64,000 nt of DNA from the IMG/VR virus record IMGVR_UViG_2862873970_000001, positions 14,456-78,455 of that record; one strand, 5' to 3'. Positions 32,772 to 42,610 of this stretch are shown piece by piece. The translations under genes were made by a program, and so were the position numbers. A model generated the notes under the pieces. That model had not been told where the DNA came from. It searched no databases and saw nothing but the letters and a program-made list of their open reading frames with translations. The number at the start of each line of letters is the position of its first letter. Positions within the stretch are counted from its first letter, which is position 1. The stretch comes from a virus. Its lineage: Duplodnaviria > Caudoviricetes.

Positions 32772-35700
32772 CGTCCCCAATCACGCCAGACCCCTCAATC
32801 CACAACGACCCCACCACCCCGCAGCAGCTCCCCAGCTTCAACCTTCAGCCACTGCTGAAGATGTTCGCCGACATCCCAGCCGAGATTATCGAGCTGATTG
32901 TCAACGCAGTCCTCAGCGCCTTTGGCCTAGGCAGGATTACAGGCTCGGTCGATGACCTAGTCAATCAACTGGAGAACGCCCTGCTGGATATCCCGCAGGG
33001 CAACATTGCGGGCCTAGTCGAGGCTTTGGCGCAGGCTGGCAGCGACATCATTGACGCCATCGTGGGCGCCCTTGGGGGTCCGACTTCAGGCAACGGGATT
33101 GCCGACCTCATCAAGTATGTCTCAGCGCTGCCCGAGGACATCTTCAACACCATCACCAGCATCCTGCAGGGAATTCCGGTTGTCGGGAATCTCATCACCT
33201 TTGGTGAATCCCTGATCGGTGGCCTGGTGAGCTGGGTGGCCAGTCTCCTCGGCTTGTTGGGGCATCCCATTATGACGTCGGGTGGCTCTGGTGCCACCAC
33301 GAGCACTGGCGAGACACTGACGCAGAGTCAGGCCCTGAGCACGCTGTTGGGCCTGCTGCCTACCAACCAGCCCGTCCCCACCAATGTGTGGGCGGCACTG
33401 GCGCCGGCAGCAAGTCCGAACATCTACACCAGCCCAGCGTCTCAGTTCCTCAGCGGCGCTGGAATTCAGGGCCAAGGGCTTTGGATGTGGGATGGCTGGG
33501 TCGGTACGGGTGCCCCCAACGGGCCCATGGGCTCAATCGCTACCAGACGCCCCGGTCTGATCACCGTCTATGTCGCCCCCGGCACGCCTGGTGGCATCTT
33601 CACGCCAGCGTTCAAGTCTGGCGTGTTCATGGACTATCTACAGGACCCCGACACGGCCCACCTAGCCCTCGGATACCTCTTCAATCAGCTTGACCCTGAG
33701 TACTTCGAAGTCGTCTACGTTCCGTATCCCACCACGGGAACGATGTCCACTGCCGTTCAGCAGGGCATCAACTGGATGATCAACACGATAAACACGACTC
33801 CCGGTCCTTTCATTCTGGTTGGGCAGGGGCAGGGCACGCTCATCATGTCGGGCGTCTATGACCAAATCCGTTATGGGCAACTGACATCGAGGGACAATGA
33901 CCTGCTGGCTGGTGTCATGTTCGGCAACATGCGCCGCGAGGAGGGTGCCGGCTTCCCTGGCTACACTCCCCCGGTTGGCACCTCGGGTGCTGTCGTGGAT
34001 TGTGCAGCCATTGGGCCCTACGCGAATCAGGGCGACCCGACCAACCCGGCCGGCGGAAACCTGATCGACACCGAGCCGCGGTGGTGGGAGATGGCCGCTC
34101 CTGGTGACTATCTCAGTTGCTGCCCCGTCAAGGGAAGTGCCACGCAGGTCGGCATGCCGTTTGATCTCGCGAACGCGCCGGGGCCGGATCAGCCCATGTC
34201 TCCCGAACTCACTGGTGTTATCGATGCGATTGTCGAGCTGGGTCTGCTCATCGAGCCCACACCTGGCTTTACCCTTGGTATCTCGGGTCCCATGGGCTAC
34301 TACTACAAGTCCTACGGATCTGGTGTAACCCTGGATGGTTTCCAGCGATTAGGTTCTGTCACTAAGGGATTCACCGCCACGGCAATCCTTATTGCAGTGG
34401 ACGAGGGGCTCCTGACCCTGGACGACACCCTGGACACCTACGTCTCGGGCGTCGCCAACGGTGACAAGATCACCATTCGCCAGATGCTAATGCAGACCTC
34501 TGGTGTCTATGACACTGAGCAGGACGCGCTGGCATCGATTGGCTTCCTTATCAATCCCGCAGAGGGCATTGACGAGTACACCATGCTGGGGATCATCCGC
34601 GGCGGGACACCCAATTCGGAGCCGGGAACCGTTTGGTACTACACGGAATCCAACTTCATCCTACTGGGATTCATTCTTGAGGCGATCTACCCCGGGAAGA
34701 CCGCAGGCGAAGTCATCACTGAGAAGGTGTGTGAGCCACTGGGTCTTACGGCCGAATTCCTCAAGGGTGTCGCAGCCGTCCCCTCGCCCGCCAACACCAC
34801 CTATGTCCCGGTAATCCTTGACTACCTCGGCCTGCCCTTCGGCGACCAGGTGCAGGGCGCCGTGAATATGGACTACTGGTGGACCGCTGGTGCCATGGCC
34901 GGAACCATCTACGACCTGGTCAAGTTCGCAACCGCCTCTGGCGCGGGAACACTGCTCAGCGCGGAGACGCAGCTAGAACGGTTGAATACGTTCACTTCAC
35001 CAACTGTTACTCCCATGGAAGTGTGGGCGGGGGCTACGGGCTCGGCCACCTATCAGGAGTGGGGACTGGGCTGGTTCCAGGTCGGCTCTTGGGTTGGCAA
35101 CGACGGCTCCATCCCCGGCAACGACTGCTGCTGCATGTACGAGCCGGTGACTGGTACCACCATCGCCGCGATGGAGAACGTTGAGACCACCGCGCCGTAT
35201 GTCCTTGCGGCCCTTAGTCTTCATTGGTACAACATCGCGTCCTACCTACTCCCCGGTTCCACCAACCAGCCCGGCTACTCCCCCGGGTCGCAAGAGGGAT
35301 CTCTGAATCTTGTTGACGGTGGACAGTTCCGAAACTTCTTCCACTGGGTCATGCAGACCTATGCGGGCGGAACGCTAGGGGCGCCAGCCGGCGATACCCA
35401 ATCTCTGACGCTAGAGAACTATTACATCGGCAATGTCGATAGCCCGCAGAGCGCCTACTTTCTCGGCCAGCCGTTGCTCGGGAAGGGTGATGGACGGTCC
35501 TACGCCCAGATTGCGGTGGACTACATCAACTCCTTTGCGGGTGGGGCGCATCCAGATGGCACGCCAATCACGGCACCGCCAGTCGAGGGGATTCGGCATC
35601 AGTTAATCCCCGGCCAGCCCGTCGCAGCCAAGCCCGGGCAGGTGATTCGTGCCGGTGCTTCGGTGATATGGAACAACATTGGGACGAACGGCGCATCAAT

Positions 35701-38572
35701 CATTGTGGCCGTTAATGCCTACGATATCGACGGCAATCTCATCGGAACCATCACCGCCCCGCAGGCCACGCTGAGCGTTAGCTCACCGTCGAGTGGCTGG
35801 CTCTGGAAAGAGCTAGAAGCCGACTTCGTAATGCCCCCTGGTACATACAATGCCTGCCTGGTATTCGACGTCGAGGACTTGGCGATGACCACCGGCAAGG
35901 TGTGGTTCGCAGCGCCGATATTCGAAGTCACCAACCTGATTGATGGAAGCCTGATTGACCAGACCACCATCAACCAACTATCCGGCCTCCAGGTCACTGG
36001 TCCGCAAGGCATCGCCGACGTGGCGACAGCCTTCCAGAACATGTTTGACTCTATCGCGTCTGGAACGACTCAAACCGACCAGACGGGAACGGATTACGCC
36101 GCTGCCATGCAGGCCTTGGCGCAGTCGGTTATGCAGGCCCAGTTGGGTTATAACCTCGGCGTCGCCAACAACACCGTCCTGAGTAACCCGGCCACACAGC
36201 CTGGCTACAACGCCATCTCCCCGAGCGCGCAAGCCACCTTCCCCTACACGAGCCTGACGACGGGGACGCTGAATAAGATCACGGTTACGGCCGGCACAAG
36301 CGTTGTCGGGCATATCAACTGCAATCAGGCGCTGACCCTTGGCTTCGTCAGATTCGTAGCCACCGCAAGCGCGACAGTGAGCGGTGTTTATGTCAACGTC
36401 TACACGCTGGATTCCACCGGCACGTACACCAATAAGTGGTCATCTGGCGACATCGGGTCTTCCATCCCTGATGGATTTGAGGGCTGGGTCAGCGTCAATA
36501 TCCCTGGCACAAGCCAGTTCGACATTGTCGCTGGCCAGTGGATCGCCATAGAGGTTGTTTCAGCCACCAACAACATCAGCATCATCGGGGAGACCTGGAC
36601 CGTACCTAACCAACTCGGTTCTGTTCCGACCAACCTGGGTGCGGTACGCACACTGTCCAATACTGGTGGAAACACTCCCGCGACACTGACGGAATCGGAC
36701 CTGACCTACAGTGGTCAGCTCGCCTACCTGTCATTCGACGTCTCCACGCTGCCGCCGGACTACCAGGCCCCACAGGGATGGAGTAAGACCTCCCACGGGA
36801 CCTACACCTACACAATCCCCGAGTGGGTGCAGGACGGCGACTTCCTCGACGTCGTCTTGTGTGGAAGTGGCGGTTCGGGTGGTGACGCTGATGGGACGCT
36901 GTCCATCTTTGGCACCTACACCTCGGGTGGCAACGGACAGGGTGCAACCGGTGGTATTTGGCAAGCGCAAACATTCACCTATGGAACCGACATTCCGGAC
37001 GGCACGACGAGCCTGACCGTCATCGTCGCTCCTGGCCCTCAGGCCATTAGCGCTGACGGCGCTACCTCCACGGTGGGTACCGGATTTGCTTCGGCACCCC
37101 TGTTCGACGCCAAGGGTATCGGAGCGTCGGGAGCGGGGACGTCCCTCACGGACAATATCACCGTCGCCGACAAGGCTTGTGTGATCGCCGCAGTCAATAC
37201 CGGCTATGGCACGTTCAATGTCACCTGCGGTGGCAAGACTATGCATCCGCTTGGCCTTGTCTACAACGGCAATGCCGGATCCGGTGGCGCTACCGCACTC
37301 TACTGGTTGAATAACGTTTCCGCGGGTGACGTGGAGGTGGTGGCTACCTTCGCCACATCTACCTACGCCACCCTGGAAACGATCAGCTTCACTGGAGTTT
37401 CCTCGGCCGGATTGGTCACCTCAGTCTATGGCGTTTCCAACTCCCTGTCGCAGGAAGTTGTATGCGGCGAGAACCAGGTCATTGTCCAGTGTTTCGGTGC
37501 GCTATCAGCTCAGTTGGGTGAGTTCAGTGGTGGAACCAAAGAACTCTACGACTACACGCAGATCGCCTCTGGCGGCACGACGCAATTCCGTCAAGGGTTG
37601 TCGGTGTCCTACGCAACTGAGACCACAACGTTTAGTGCCACGGCGAACGTGGCCGACGACTGGGGTGGCATCTCTGTCGCGCTGAATGGTGCGCTCACCC
37701 CGCTGCTTGCTGCAGCCGGCGGTGCGGCCGGCGGCCCGGGTGGTGCTGGAAACTTCAACCCCGCCAACACTAACCAGACGTCGACAGGCAAGGGCCCAGG
37801 CAATATTGTCTGGCAGGGCCAGCTCCATGTGGGCGGACCCGACACTATATCGCTAGACCTTCCCGGCAACGCGCCCGGTGGTGGTAGCGCTGGTGGGGAT
37901 TCCTCTGCTCCTACGCCGCAGTTTGGTGCTGATGGTGCAGCGTATATCACTGCCCGACAGGGGATTAAGTCCTCTGGCGGCGCTGCGGTGCAACCACCCG
38001 TGGTGGCCACCTATGAAACACCGGGAACTTACACATACGAGATCCCGGATTGGGCGGTGTATCTGGACTTCATTCTGCTGGGTGGCGCCTCTGGTGGCAC
38101 TCCCGGTAGCAACGTTCAGGGTAATACCGGCAGTGGCGTTGGTGGTGTTCCCGGCTCATGGACGACGGCCACTATATCCACAACCTCTGGATGGCCCTCC
38201 GGTGGAACTATCACCGTCACGGTGGGATCTGGTGGTGCTCAATCCAATACCCAGGGTGTGAATAACAACGGCGCTGCCTCGACTGTTTCATCTCCTGGGA
38301 TGACTACTTATACCGGCGCTGCCGGTGTGGGTGTTAATACTGGCACCGCCGATGGCGTCGGCCCTGGGGATCGGTCGTATAACGGATTCACCTTCGATGG
38401 CGGGGCTACAGTGCCTGCGCCCCCGCCGCCAACAAGCACCTCAAGCAATGCTCAAATCGATGGCAATGCCCCTGGTGGTGCCGGCGCGGGTGGTACATCC
38501 GATGGTGCCTTTTATTACTTCGGTGGTGCTGGCGCCGCTGGCGCTGTCTGGATCATAGCGAGGGCATCGTGA
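32768..38572 (+). CDS. Large minor tail protein with cutinase-like and beta-lactamase/DD-peptidase-like domains and glycine-rich C-terminus
   Basis: FILVGQGQG, GSVTK, ITIRQML..TSG, YYTESN, GGGGSG repeats. Confidence 0.88.
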   Translation: MTSPITPDPSIHNDPTTPQQLPSFNLQPLLKMFADIPAEIIELIVNAVLSAFGLGRITGSVDDLVNQLENALLDIPQGNIAGLVEALAQAGSDIIDAIVGALGGPTSGNGIADLIKYVSALPEDIFNTITSILQGIPVVGNLITFGESLIGGLVSWVASLLGLLGHPIMTSGGSGATTSTGETLTQSQALSTLLGLLPTNQPVPTNVWAALAPAASPNIYTSPASQFLSGAGIQGQGLWMWDGWVGTGAPNGPMGSIATRRPGLITVYVAPGTPGGIFTPAFKSGVFMDYLQDPDTAHLALGYLFNQLDPEYFEVVYVPYPTTGTMSTAVQQGINWMINTINTTPGPFILVGQGQGTLIMSGVYDQIRYGQLTSRDNDLLAGVMFGNMRREEGAGFPGYTPPVGTSGAVVDCAAIGPYANQGDPTNPAGGNLIDTEPRWWEMAAPGDYLSCCPVKGSATQVGMPFDLANAPGPDQPMSPELTGVIDAIVELGLLIEPTPGFTLGISGPMGYYYKSYGSGVTLDGFQRLGSVTKGFTATAILIAVDEGLLTLDDTLDTYVSGVANGDKITIRQMLMQTSGVYDTEQDALASIGFLINPAEGIDEYTMLGIIRGGTPNSEPGTVWYYTESNFILLGFILEAIYPGKTAGEVITEKVCEPLGLTAEFLKGVAAVPSPANTTYVPVILDYLGLPFGDQVQGAVNMDYWWTAGAMAGTIYDLVKFATASGAGTLLSAETQLERLNTFTSPTVTPMEVWAGATGSATYQEWGLGWFQVGSWVGNDGSIPGNDCCCMYEPVTGTTIAAMENVETTAPYVLAALSLHWYNIASYLLPGSTNQPGYSPGSQEGSLNLVDGGQFRNFFHWVMQTYAGGTLGAPAGDTQSLTLENYYIGNVDSPQSAYFLGQPLLGKGDGRSYAQIAVDYINSFAGGAHPDGTPITAPPVEGIRHQLIPGQPVAAKPGQVIRAGASVIWNNIGTNGASIIVAVNAYDIDGNLIGTITAPQATLSVSSPSSGWLWKELEADFVMPPGTYNACLVFDVEDLAMTTGKVWFAAPIFEVTNLIDGSLIDQTTINQLSGLQVTGPQGIADVATAFQNMFDSIASGTTQTDQTGTDYAAAMQALAQSVMQAQLGYNLGVANNTVLSNPATQPGYNAISPSAQATFPYTSLTTGTLNKITVTAGTSVVGHINCNQALTLGFVRFVATASATVSGVYVNVYTLDSTGTYTNKWSSGDIGSSIPDGFEGWVSVNIPGTSQFDIVAGQWIAIEVVSATNNISIIGETWTVPNQLGSVPTNLGAVRTLSNTGGNTPATLTESDLTYSGQLAYLSFDVSTLPPDYQAPQGWSKTSHGTYTYTIPEWVQDGDFLDVVLCGSGGSGGDADGTLSIFGTYTSGGNGQGATGGIWQAQTFTYGTDIPDGTTSLTVIVAPGPQAISADGATSTVGTGFASAPLFDAKGIGASGAGTSLTDNITVADKACVIAAVNTGYGTFNVTCGGKTMHPLGLVYNGNAGSGGATALYWLNNVSAGDVEVVATFATSTYATLETISFTGVSSAGLVTSVYGVSNSLSQEVVCGENQVIVQCFGALSAQLGEFSGGTKELYDYTQIASGGTTQFRQGLSVSYATETTTFSATANVADDWGGISVALNGALTPLLAAAGGAAGGPGGAGNFNPANTNQTSTGKGPGNIVWQGQLHVGGPDTISLDLPGNAPGGGSAGGDSSAPTPQFGADGAAYITARQGIKSSGGAAVQPPVVATYETPGTYTYEIPDWAVYLDFILLGGASGGTPGSNVQGNTGSGVGGVPGSWTTATISTTSGWPSGGTITVTVGSGGAQSNTQGVNNNGAASTVSSPGMTTYTGAAGVGVNTGTADGVGPGDRSYNGFTFDGGATVPAPPPPTSTSSNAQIDGNAPGGAGAGGTSDGAFYYFGGAGAAGAVWIIARAS

Positions 38573-38949
38573 TACTCACTACTGCTGGGCCTGCTGCGGC
38601 CGGAATCAACTGGCAGGCCGTCATTCTCACCAAGATGGGGCTCTTGGTTGAGCCGGATATCGTGATCAGAAATGATCCCCAAACCGGCTTCAACCTCGGC
38701 CTCCCCCCCAGCATTCAGATGCTGCCGCCGCAGGGCATGAGCCTGCAGCTTTCCTCTGGCATCAAGATGGTGTTCGGGACGGTTGGGACTGCCGGCTTCA
38801 ACGTCGACGCCCCAATTTCTATTGGTGTCAACACCATTCCGAAAACCGCTCTCGATGTCCGCATTGAGCTTGGCATGTCCATGGAAGCGGTTCCGATCAC
38901 TCCAGGGCGTCAGAACAATACCGCGGTTCAGCGAGCATCTACTTTCTAA
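38569..38949 (+). CDS. Minor tail/hypothetical protein
   Basis: Coupled GTGA. Confidence 0.65.
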   Translation: MILTTAGPAAAGINWQAVILTKMGLLVEPDIVIRNDPQTGFNLGLPPSIQMLPPQGMSLQLSSGIKMVFGTVGTAGFNVDAPISIGVNTIPKTALDVRIELGMSMEAVPITPGRQNNTAVQRASTF

Positions 38950-38973
38950 AGCGTTTAGGAGAAACAACAAAAT

Positions 38974-39474
38974 ATGTCAGCCAGGCTTTATGTCGCCTAT
39001 AACGCCGTTACCACGGCGCTGACCGCCCCCATGGCTGCGACTGCCACATCCGCCAGTACTAGCACTCCGAAGACCATCCTTCAGATCGCCCCCGGGTCAC
39101 ACATCCAGGTTATCGAGGCGGGTTACATGTTCACCTCGGTGCCATCAGCCCCGGTGACCATGGAGTTAATCGAGACGGGTTCGGTCTTTGCCACCGTTAC
39201 GGCGGGAAGTATCTCGAATTACAACGCCCCTACAGGTCAAGCCTCCGCGGCGACCACGGGCACTTCGGCAACGGGTTTCAACGCAACAAATGAGGGGAGC
39301 ATCACCGCCACGCGCCTCCTGGCCATGACGGTGGATCAGTCGTTCTATCAGAAGCAACAGTTCCCGCTGGATCGGGAGCCAGAGGTGGAGAGCGGCAAGT
39401 CACTTCGCATCAGGGCTACCCCCGGCAGCGCTGCCGCCGTAAACGTCATTTGCTACGTCATCTGGGCTGAGTAA
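38974..39474 (+). CDS. Minor tail/hypothetical protein
   Basis: AGGAG RBS; Thr/Ala-rich. Confidence 0.75.
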   Translation: MSARLYVAYNAVTTALTAPMAATATSASTSTPKTILQIAPGSHIQVIEAGYMFTSVPSAPVTMELIETGSVFATVTAGSISNYNAPTGQASAATTGTSATGFNATNEGSITATRLLAMTVDQSFYQKQQFPLDREPEVESGKSLRIRATPGSAAAVNVICYVIWAE

Positions 39475-40122
39475 ATGGGGGCCCGTTCGGGACGTGCTTA
39501 TCCCTTGCCGTTATTGAGGCCGATACCCGTACCCCCGGTCGCCTATAACGCAAAGGGGACAGGTGCCACAACTGGGGTTGCCACCAGCATCAGTTGGTCA
39601 CATACCGCAACCGCAGGGGCATACGTGCTCGCCGCTTTCGTGAGCACCACCGCCGGGTCAACGCTATCTAATGTCAAATACGGCACCGCGAACATGGCGC
39701 TGGTCGGCAGCCAGAATATGGGCACCAACGGTCCGCTCTACATCTACGGGCTAGCGAACGCACCATCGGGTGCCCAAACCATCTCGGCCACTGCATCCAC
39801 CAGCACAGTCATGAACGGATGCTCAGTGTCTTACCTTAATGTATCGGCCATTGGAACGCCAGTCGTTACATCGGGCAGTAACGCATCACCGTCGCAATCC
39901 GCGACAGGACCGCTTAACGGCATCGTATTCCAAGCATTCGGCTGCTATAACGCCTCGGTGACCAGCTACTCGGGAGGAACCCCGAGGTATAACGCGATAG
40001 ATTCCACTGGATTCGCAGCACTCGCTATTCAGGATTCAGCAGCCAATAACCCATCGTTCAGTGCAGTCCTCAGTGGTTCCACCCCCTGGGCTGGTGTGGC
40101 TGTTCCGCTACTACCAATCTGA
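39475..40122 (+). CDS. Minor tail protein (beta-rich; resembles an internal segment of 32768-38572)
   Basis: AKGTG...SWSHT...SVSY..V...FQAFG. Confidence 0.75.
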   Translation: MGARSGRAYPLPLLRPIPVPPVAYNAKGTGATTGVATSISWSHTATAGAYVLAAFVSTTAGSTLSNVKYGTANMALVGSQNMGTNGPLYIYGLANAPSGAQTISATASTSTVMNGCSVSYLNVSAIGTPVVTSGSNASPSQSATGPLNGIVFQAFGCYNASVTSYSGGTPRYNAIDSTGFAALAIQDSAANNPSFSAVLSGSTPWAGVAVPLLPI

Positions 40123-40149
40123 CCACTTCGAAGACTCGCGGTGGGCGGT

Positions 40150-40302
40150 TTAGCCCGTAGCGCATCCGTCGCAGCGCACACCGTCGCCCTGCAATCTCCA
40201 TCCCGGCGGCAGGCACTCCCGGATGCGCCTATCCGAATCGACGGGGTGGGACTTATCGGTGGCGCCGCAATTATCGCAACGCCACATCAGCAAAGCGCTC
40301 AT
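40150..40302 (-). CDS. Small zinc-ribbon protein (50 aa)
   Basis: CDNCG...PPGW...CDGC; TAGAAT 8 nt upstream of ATG. Confidence 0.55.
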   Translation of the reverse strand: MSALLMWRCDNCGATDKSHPVDSDRRIRECLPPGWRLQGDGVRCDGCATG

Positions 40303-40401
40303 GCCAGCGCATTCTAGCCGCTCACGAAAGGGAAGCCAACCCCCAGTTAGGCCGCGCTTCACCATCCGCTCAAAAGTTTTAAAAGGAAACAACAACTAAA
40401 T

Positions 40402-41073
40402 ATGGGTATTCCAAACACAACTCATCAAGTGGCGTCCAATGCCATTGCTGCCGAGGGTAACTGGATCTCCCTCCACCAAGGTGCAGGTGCTGGTACCACG
40501 GGCGCTAATGAAGCCTCGGGTGGCGGGTATAACCGTGTGCAAACCACATGGGCTCCTGATGGCGTAGGTGACAATAACGGCTCGCAGGTCAACATTCCTT
40601 GCGCCGCAGGCACTTACACCGAGGGTGGCATCTTCTCCACCCAGATCCTGACGCTTCTTCCCGCACCCTCCGGTCTTACCATTTCCGCCGCTAGTGGCGG
40701 AAGCCTAGTATCTGGGACCACTTACTACGTCACCGTCACTGCCGTTAACTTTGCCGGCGAGACGACCGTGAGCAATGAGCAGTCGATCACGCCGAGTGGA
40801 AGCAACCTATCGGCGTCCATCCACTGGTCGGCAGTCACGGGGGCGGCCTCTTACAACGTCTACCTGGGAACATCCGCTGGCGGCGAAAACGTCCGCATAG
40901 CCAACGTAACTGGCACCAGCTACACAATTTCTGCCACCACCGGCACCTCGGCCACCCCGCCCAACTCCAACACGGCATCCACCTTTGTGGGGTCCGCGGC
41001 CTTTACCGGCGGTTCGGTGACCGTCACCGGAACTGGTGCCTCAATCAACGTCACTCCATCCATTACGGCTTAA
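40402..41073 (+). CDS. Minor tail protein with Fn3 insert
   Basis: ISLH..AGTTGANEASGGGY; YYVTVTAVN..GE, WSAVTGAASYNVY. Confidence 0.8.
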   Translation: MGIPNTTHQVASNAIAAEGNWISLHQGAGAGTTGANEASGGGYNRVQTTWAPDGVGDNNGSQVNIPCAAGTYTEGGIFSTQILTLLPAPSGLTISAASGGSLVSGTTYYVTVTAVNFAGETTVSNEQSITPSGSNLSASIHWSAVTGAASYNVYLGTSAGGENVRIANVTGTSYTISATTGTSATPPNSNTASTFVGSAAFTGGSVTVTGTGASINVTPSITA

Positions 41074-41384
41074 TGAGAATCAAGGAACTAAAAGTAGAAG
41101 CAGACGCGCAGGACTATCAGATAGTCATCAACGGCCTTGAGCGCATGGTCCTCATCAATAACAGGACCGGGCGAGCCGAAGCGGTAGCCGAACGAACCGG
41201 TGGACACACGTGGGTTGTCCAGTCCGTCAATGGCGACCAACCTTCTGTCACCACCGCCGACCGCTCCGACGCGGTCACAGCCATCAATGACATGGCTACC
41301 GCCAACGCCGGCCGTGGCGTCGCCATCTGGGAACCGATCATCAAGTTCAACGATGAGCTAACCCCATTGCGCCAGTTGCCGTGA
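41073..41384 (+). CDS. Hypothetical protein
   Basis: Coupled TAATG. Confidence 0.7.
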   Translation: MRIKELKVEADAQDYQIVINGLERMVLINNRTGRAEAVAERTGGHTWVVQSVNGDQPSVTTADRSDAVTAINDMATANAGRGVAIWEPIIKFNDELTPLRQLP

Positions 41385-41387
41385 GCC

Positions 41388-42296
41388 ATGCCCGGATTCA
41401 ATCGGAGAAACGCCCTTAAGTTTCTCGGCCTGGCTACCGCGCTGGGCCTGATGACGAAAACCCCAACTTCACAGGGAGAAACATTGAACTACCGGCTCGG
41501 TAAGCACCCGGCGACTCCACACTACGGCCTGAAGCTGAGCGATTATGTGCGCCACTCCGACCTGCCATCGCTGCCGGAAGAGTTCGGTCACGGAAACCTG
41601 GTCTCCGACTGGGGAATGCTGGGAAACGACACTGTCGGTGACTGCGCAATCGCGGGGCCCTTCCACGCCGAAATGTTGTGGTGTACCGAGGGTGACAAGC
41701 CATTCAAGATCAACACCGAATGCACGCTTGAGATGTATTCGGCGATCACCGGATACGATCCGTCTGCCTATAACTGGTGGACCAACTCCAATCCCACGGA
41801 CAACGGGTCCAACGTCCAGGACGTCGCCGAGTACTGGCGCACGACCGGACTGAAGGACGCTGCAGGAAACATCCACAAGATCCAGTGCTACATGGCGCTG
41901 GAGCCCGGTAATGTCGAGCAGCTTTTCCAGGCCATCTACCTGTTCGGCGCCGTAGGCATCGGGGTAGAGCTACCCGCCGAGTTCCAAGATGCGTTCAACC
42001 GCGGCGAGGTCTGGGATGCGTTGGAAGACCCGCATATTGAAGGTGGTCACTACATCCTCGGGGTGGGCAAGCGCGCCGGAAACATCGAGATCGTCACCTG
42101 GGGTCAAACCTGCCAGCTCACCCCTGCTGCATACGAGCAGTTCAATGACGAGACGTTCGTCTATTTCAACGAGGAAATGCTCGTCAAGGGCAAGAGTCTT
42201 GAAGGCTTCGACGCTGACCAGCTCATGGCCGACCTGGCCGACATCCACAACGAGACCGGTGGTGAGGATCCCGCGCCACAGTTATGCGGCAAGTGA
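41388..42296 (+). CDS. Papain-like cysteine peptidase with Tat-type signal
   Basis: NRRNALKFLG signal; GDCAIAG, GGHYILGVG, VTWG. Confidence 0.7.
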   Translation: MPGFNRRNALKFLGLATALGLMTKTPTSQGETLNYRLGKHPATPHYGLKLSDYVRHSDLPSLPEEFGHGNLVSDWGMLGNDTVGDCAIAGPFHAEMLWCTEGDKPFKINTECTLEMYSAITGYDPSAYNWWTNSNPTDNGSNVQDVAEYWRTTGLKDAAGNIHKIQCYMALEPGNVEQLFQAIYLFGAVGIGVELPAEFQDAFNRGEVWDALEDPHIEGGHYILGVGKRAGNIEIVTWGQTCQLTPAAYEQFNDETFVYFNEEMLVKGKSLEGFDADQLMADLADIHNETGGEDPAPQLCGK

Positions 42297-42610
42297 TGTC
42301 GGACAGATTGCTTGATCGATTCGCGGCCTGGTTCGCATCAGCCAGGGGCGTGTGGCAGACCCTAGTCGTCACACTGGCTGTCGTTGCCTTCGAGGTGATC
42401 CACCCCACTGCGGATCCCCAGATGCTCATCCTGATGGCGATATTGACCATCTACTCCGCGATCACCCAGCCAGCCCTGGCCTACGTCGGATGGCAGGCGG
42501 GTGTGCGAACAGACGCACTCCTCAACGAGGAATTGAAACTCATCAAAGAAGAACTACAACTATTGCGCCAGCTCACTGGCGACGACGAGGTGGAGGTGGG
42601 AAAAGAATGA
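42296..42610 (+). CDS. Two-TM membrane protein (DUF1003-like; holin candidate)
   Basis: Two hydrophobic helices with DP between; directly upstream of lysin A. Confidence 0.65.
   Translation: MSDRLLDRFAAWFASARGVWQTLVVTLAVVAFEVIHPTADPQMLILMAILTIYSAITQPALAYVGWQAGVRTDALLNEELKLIKEELQLLRQLTGDDEVEVGKE

Noticed and set aside
1499-38996. Isolated CCGATAA/TTATCGG/TTATGTCG matches at about 1501, 15304, 17127 and 38987
   Set aside because: Single arms inside coding sequence with no partner arm or gene boundary
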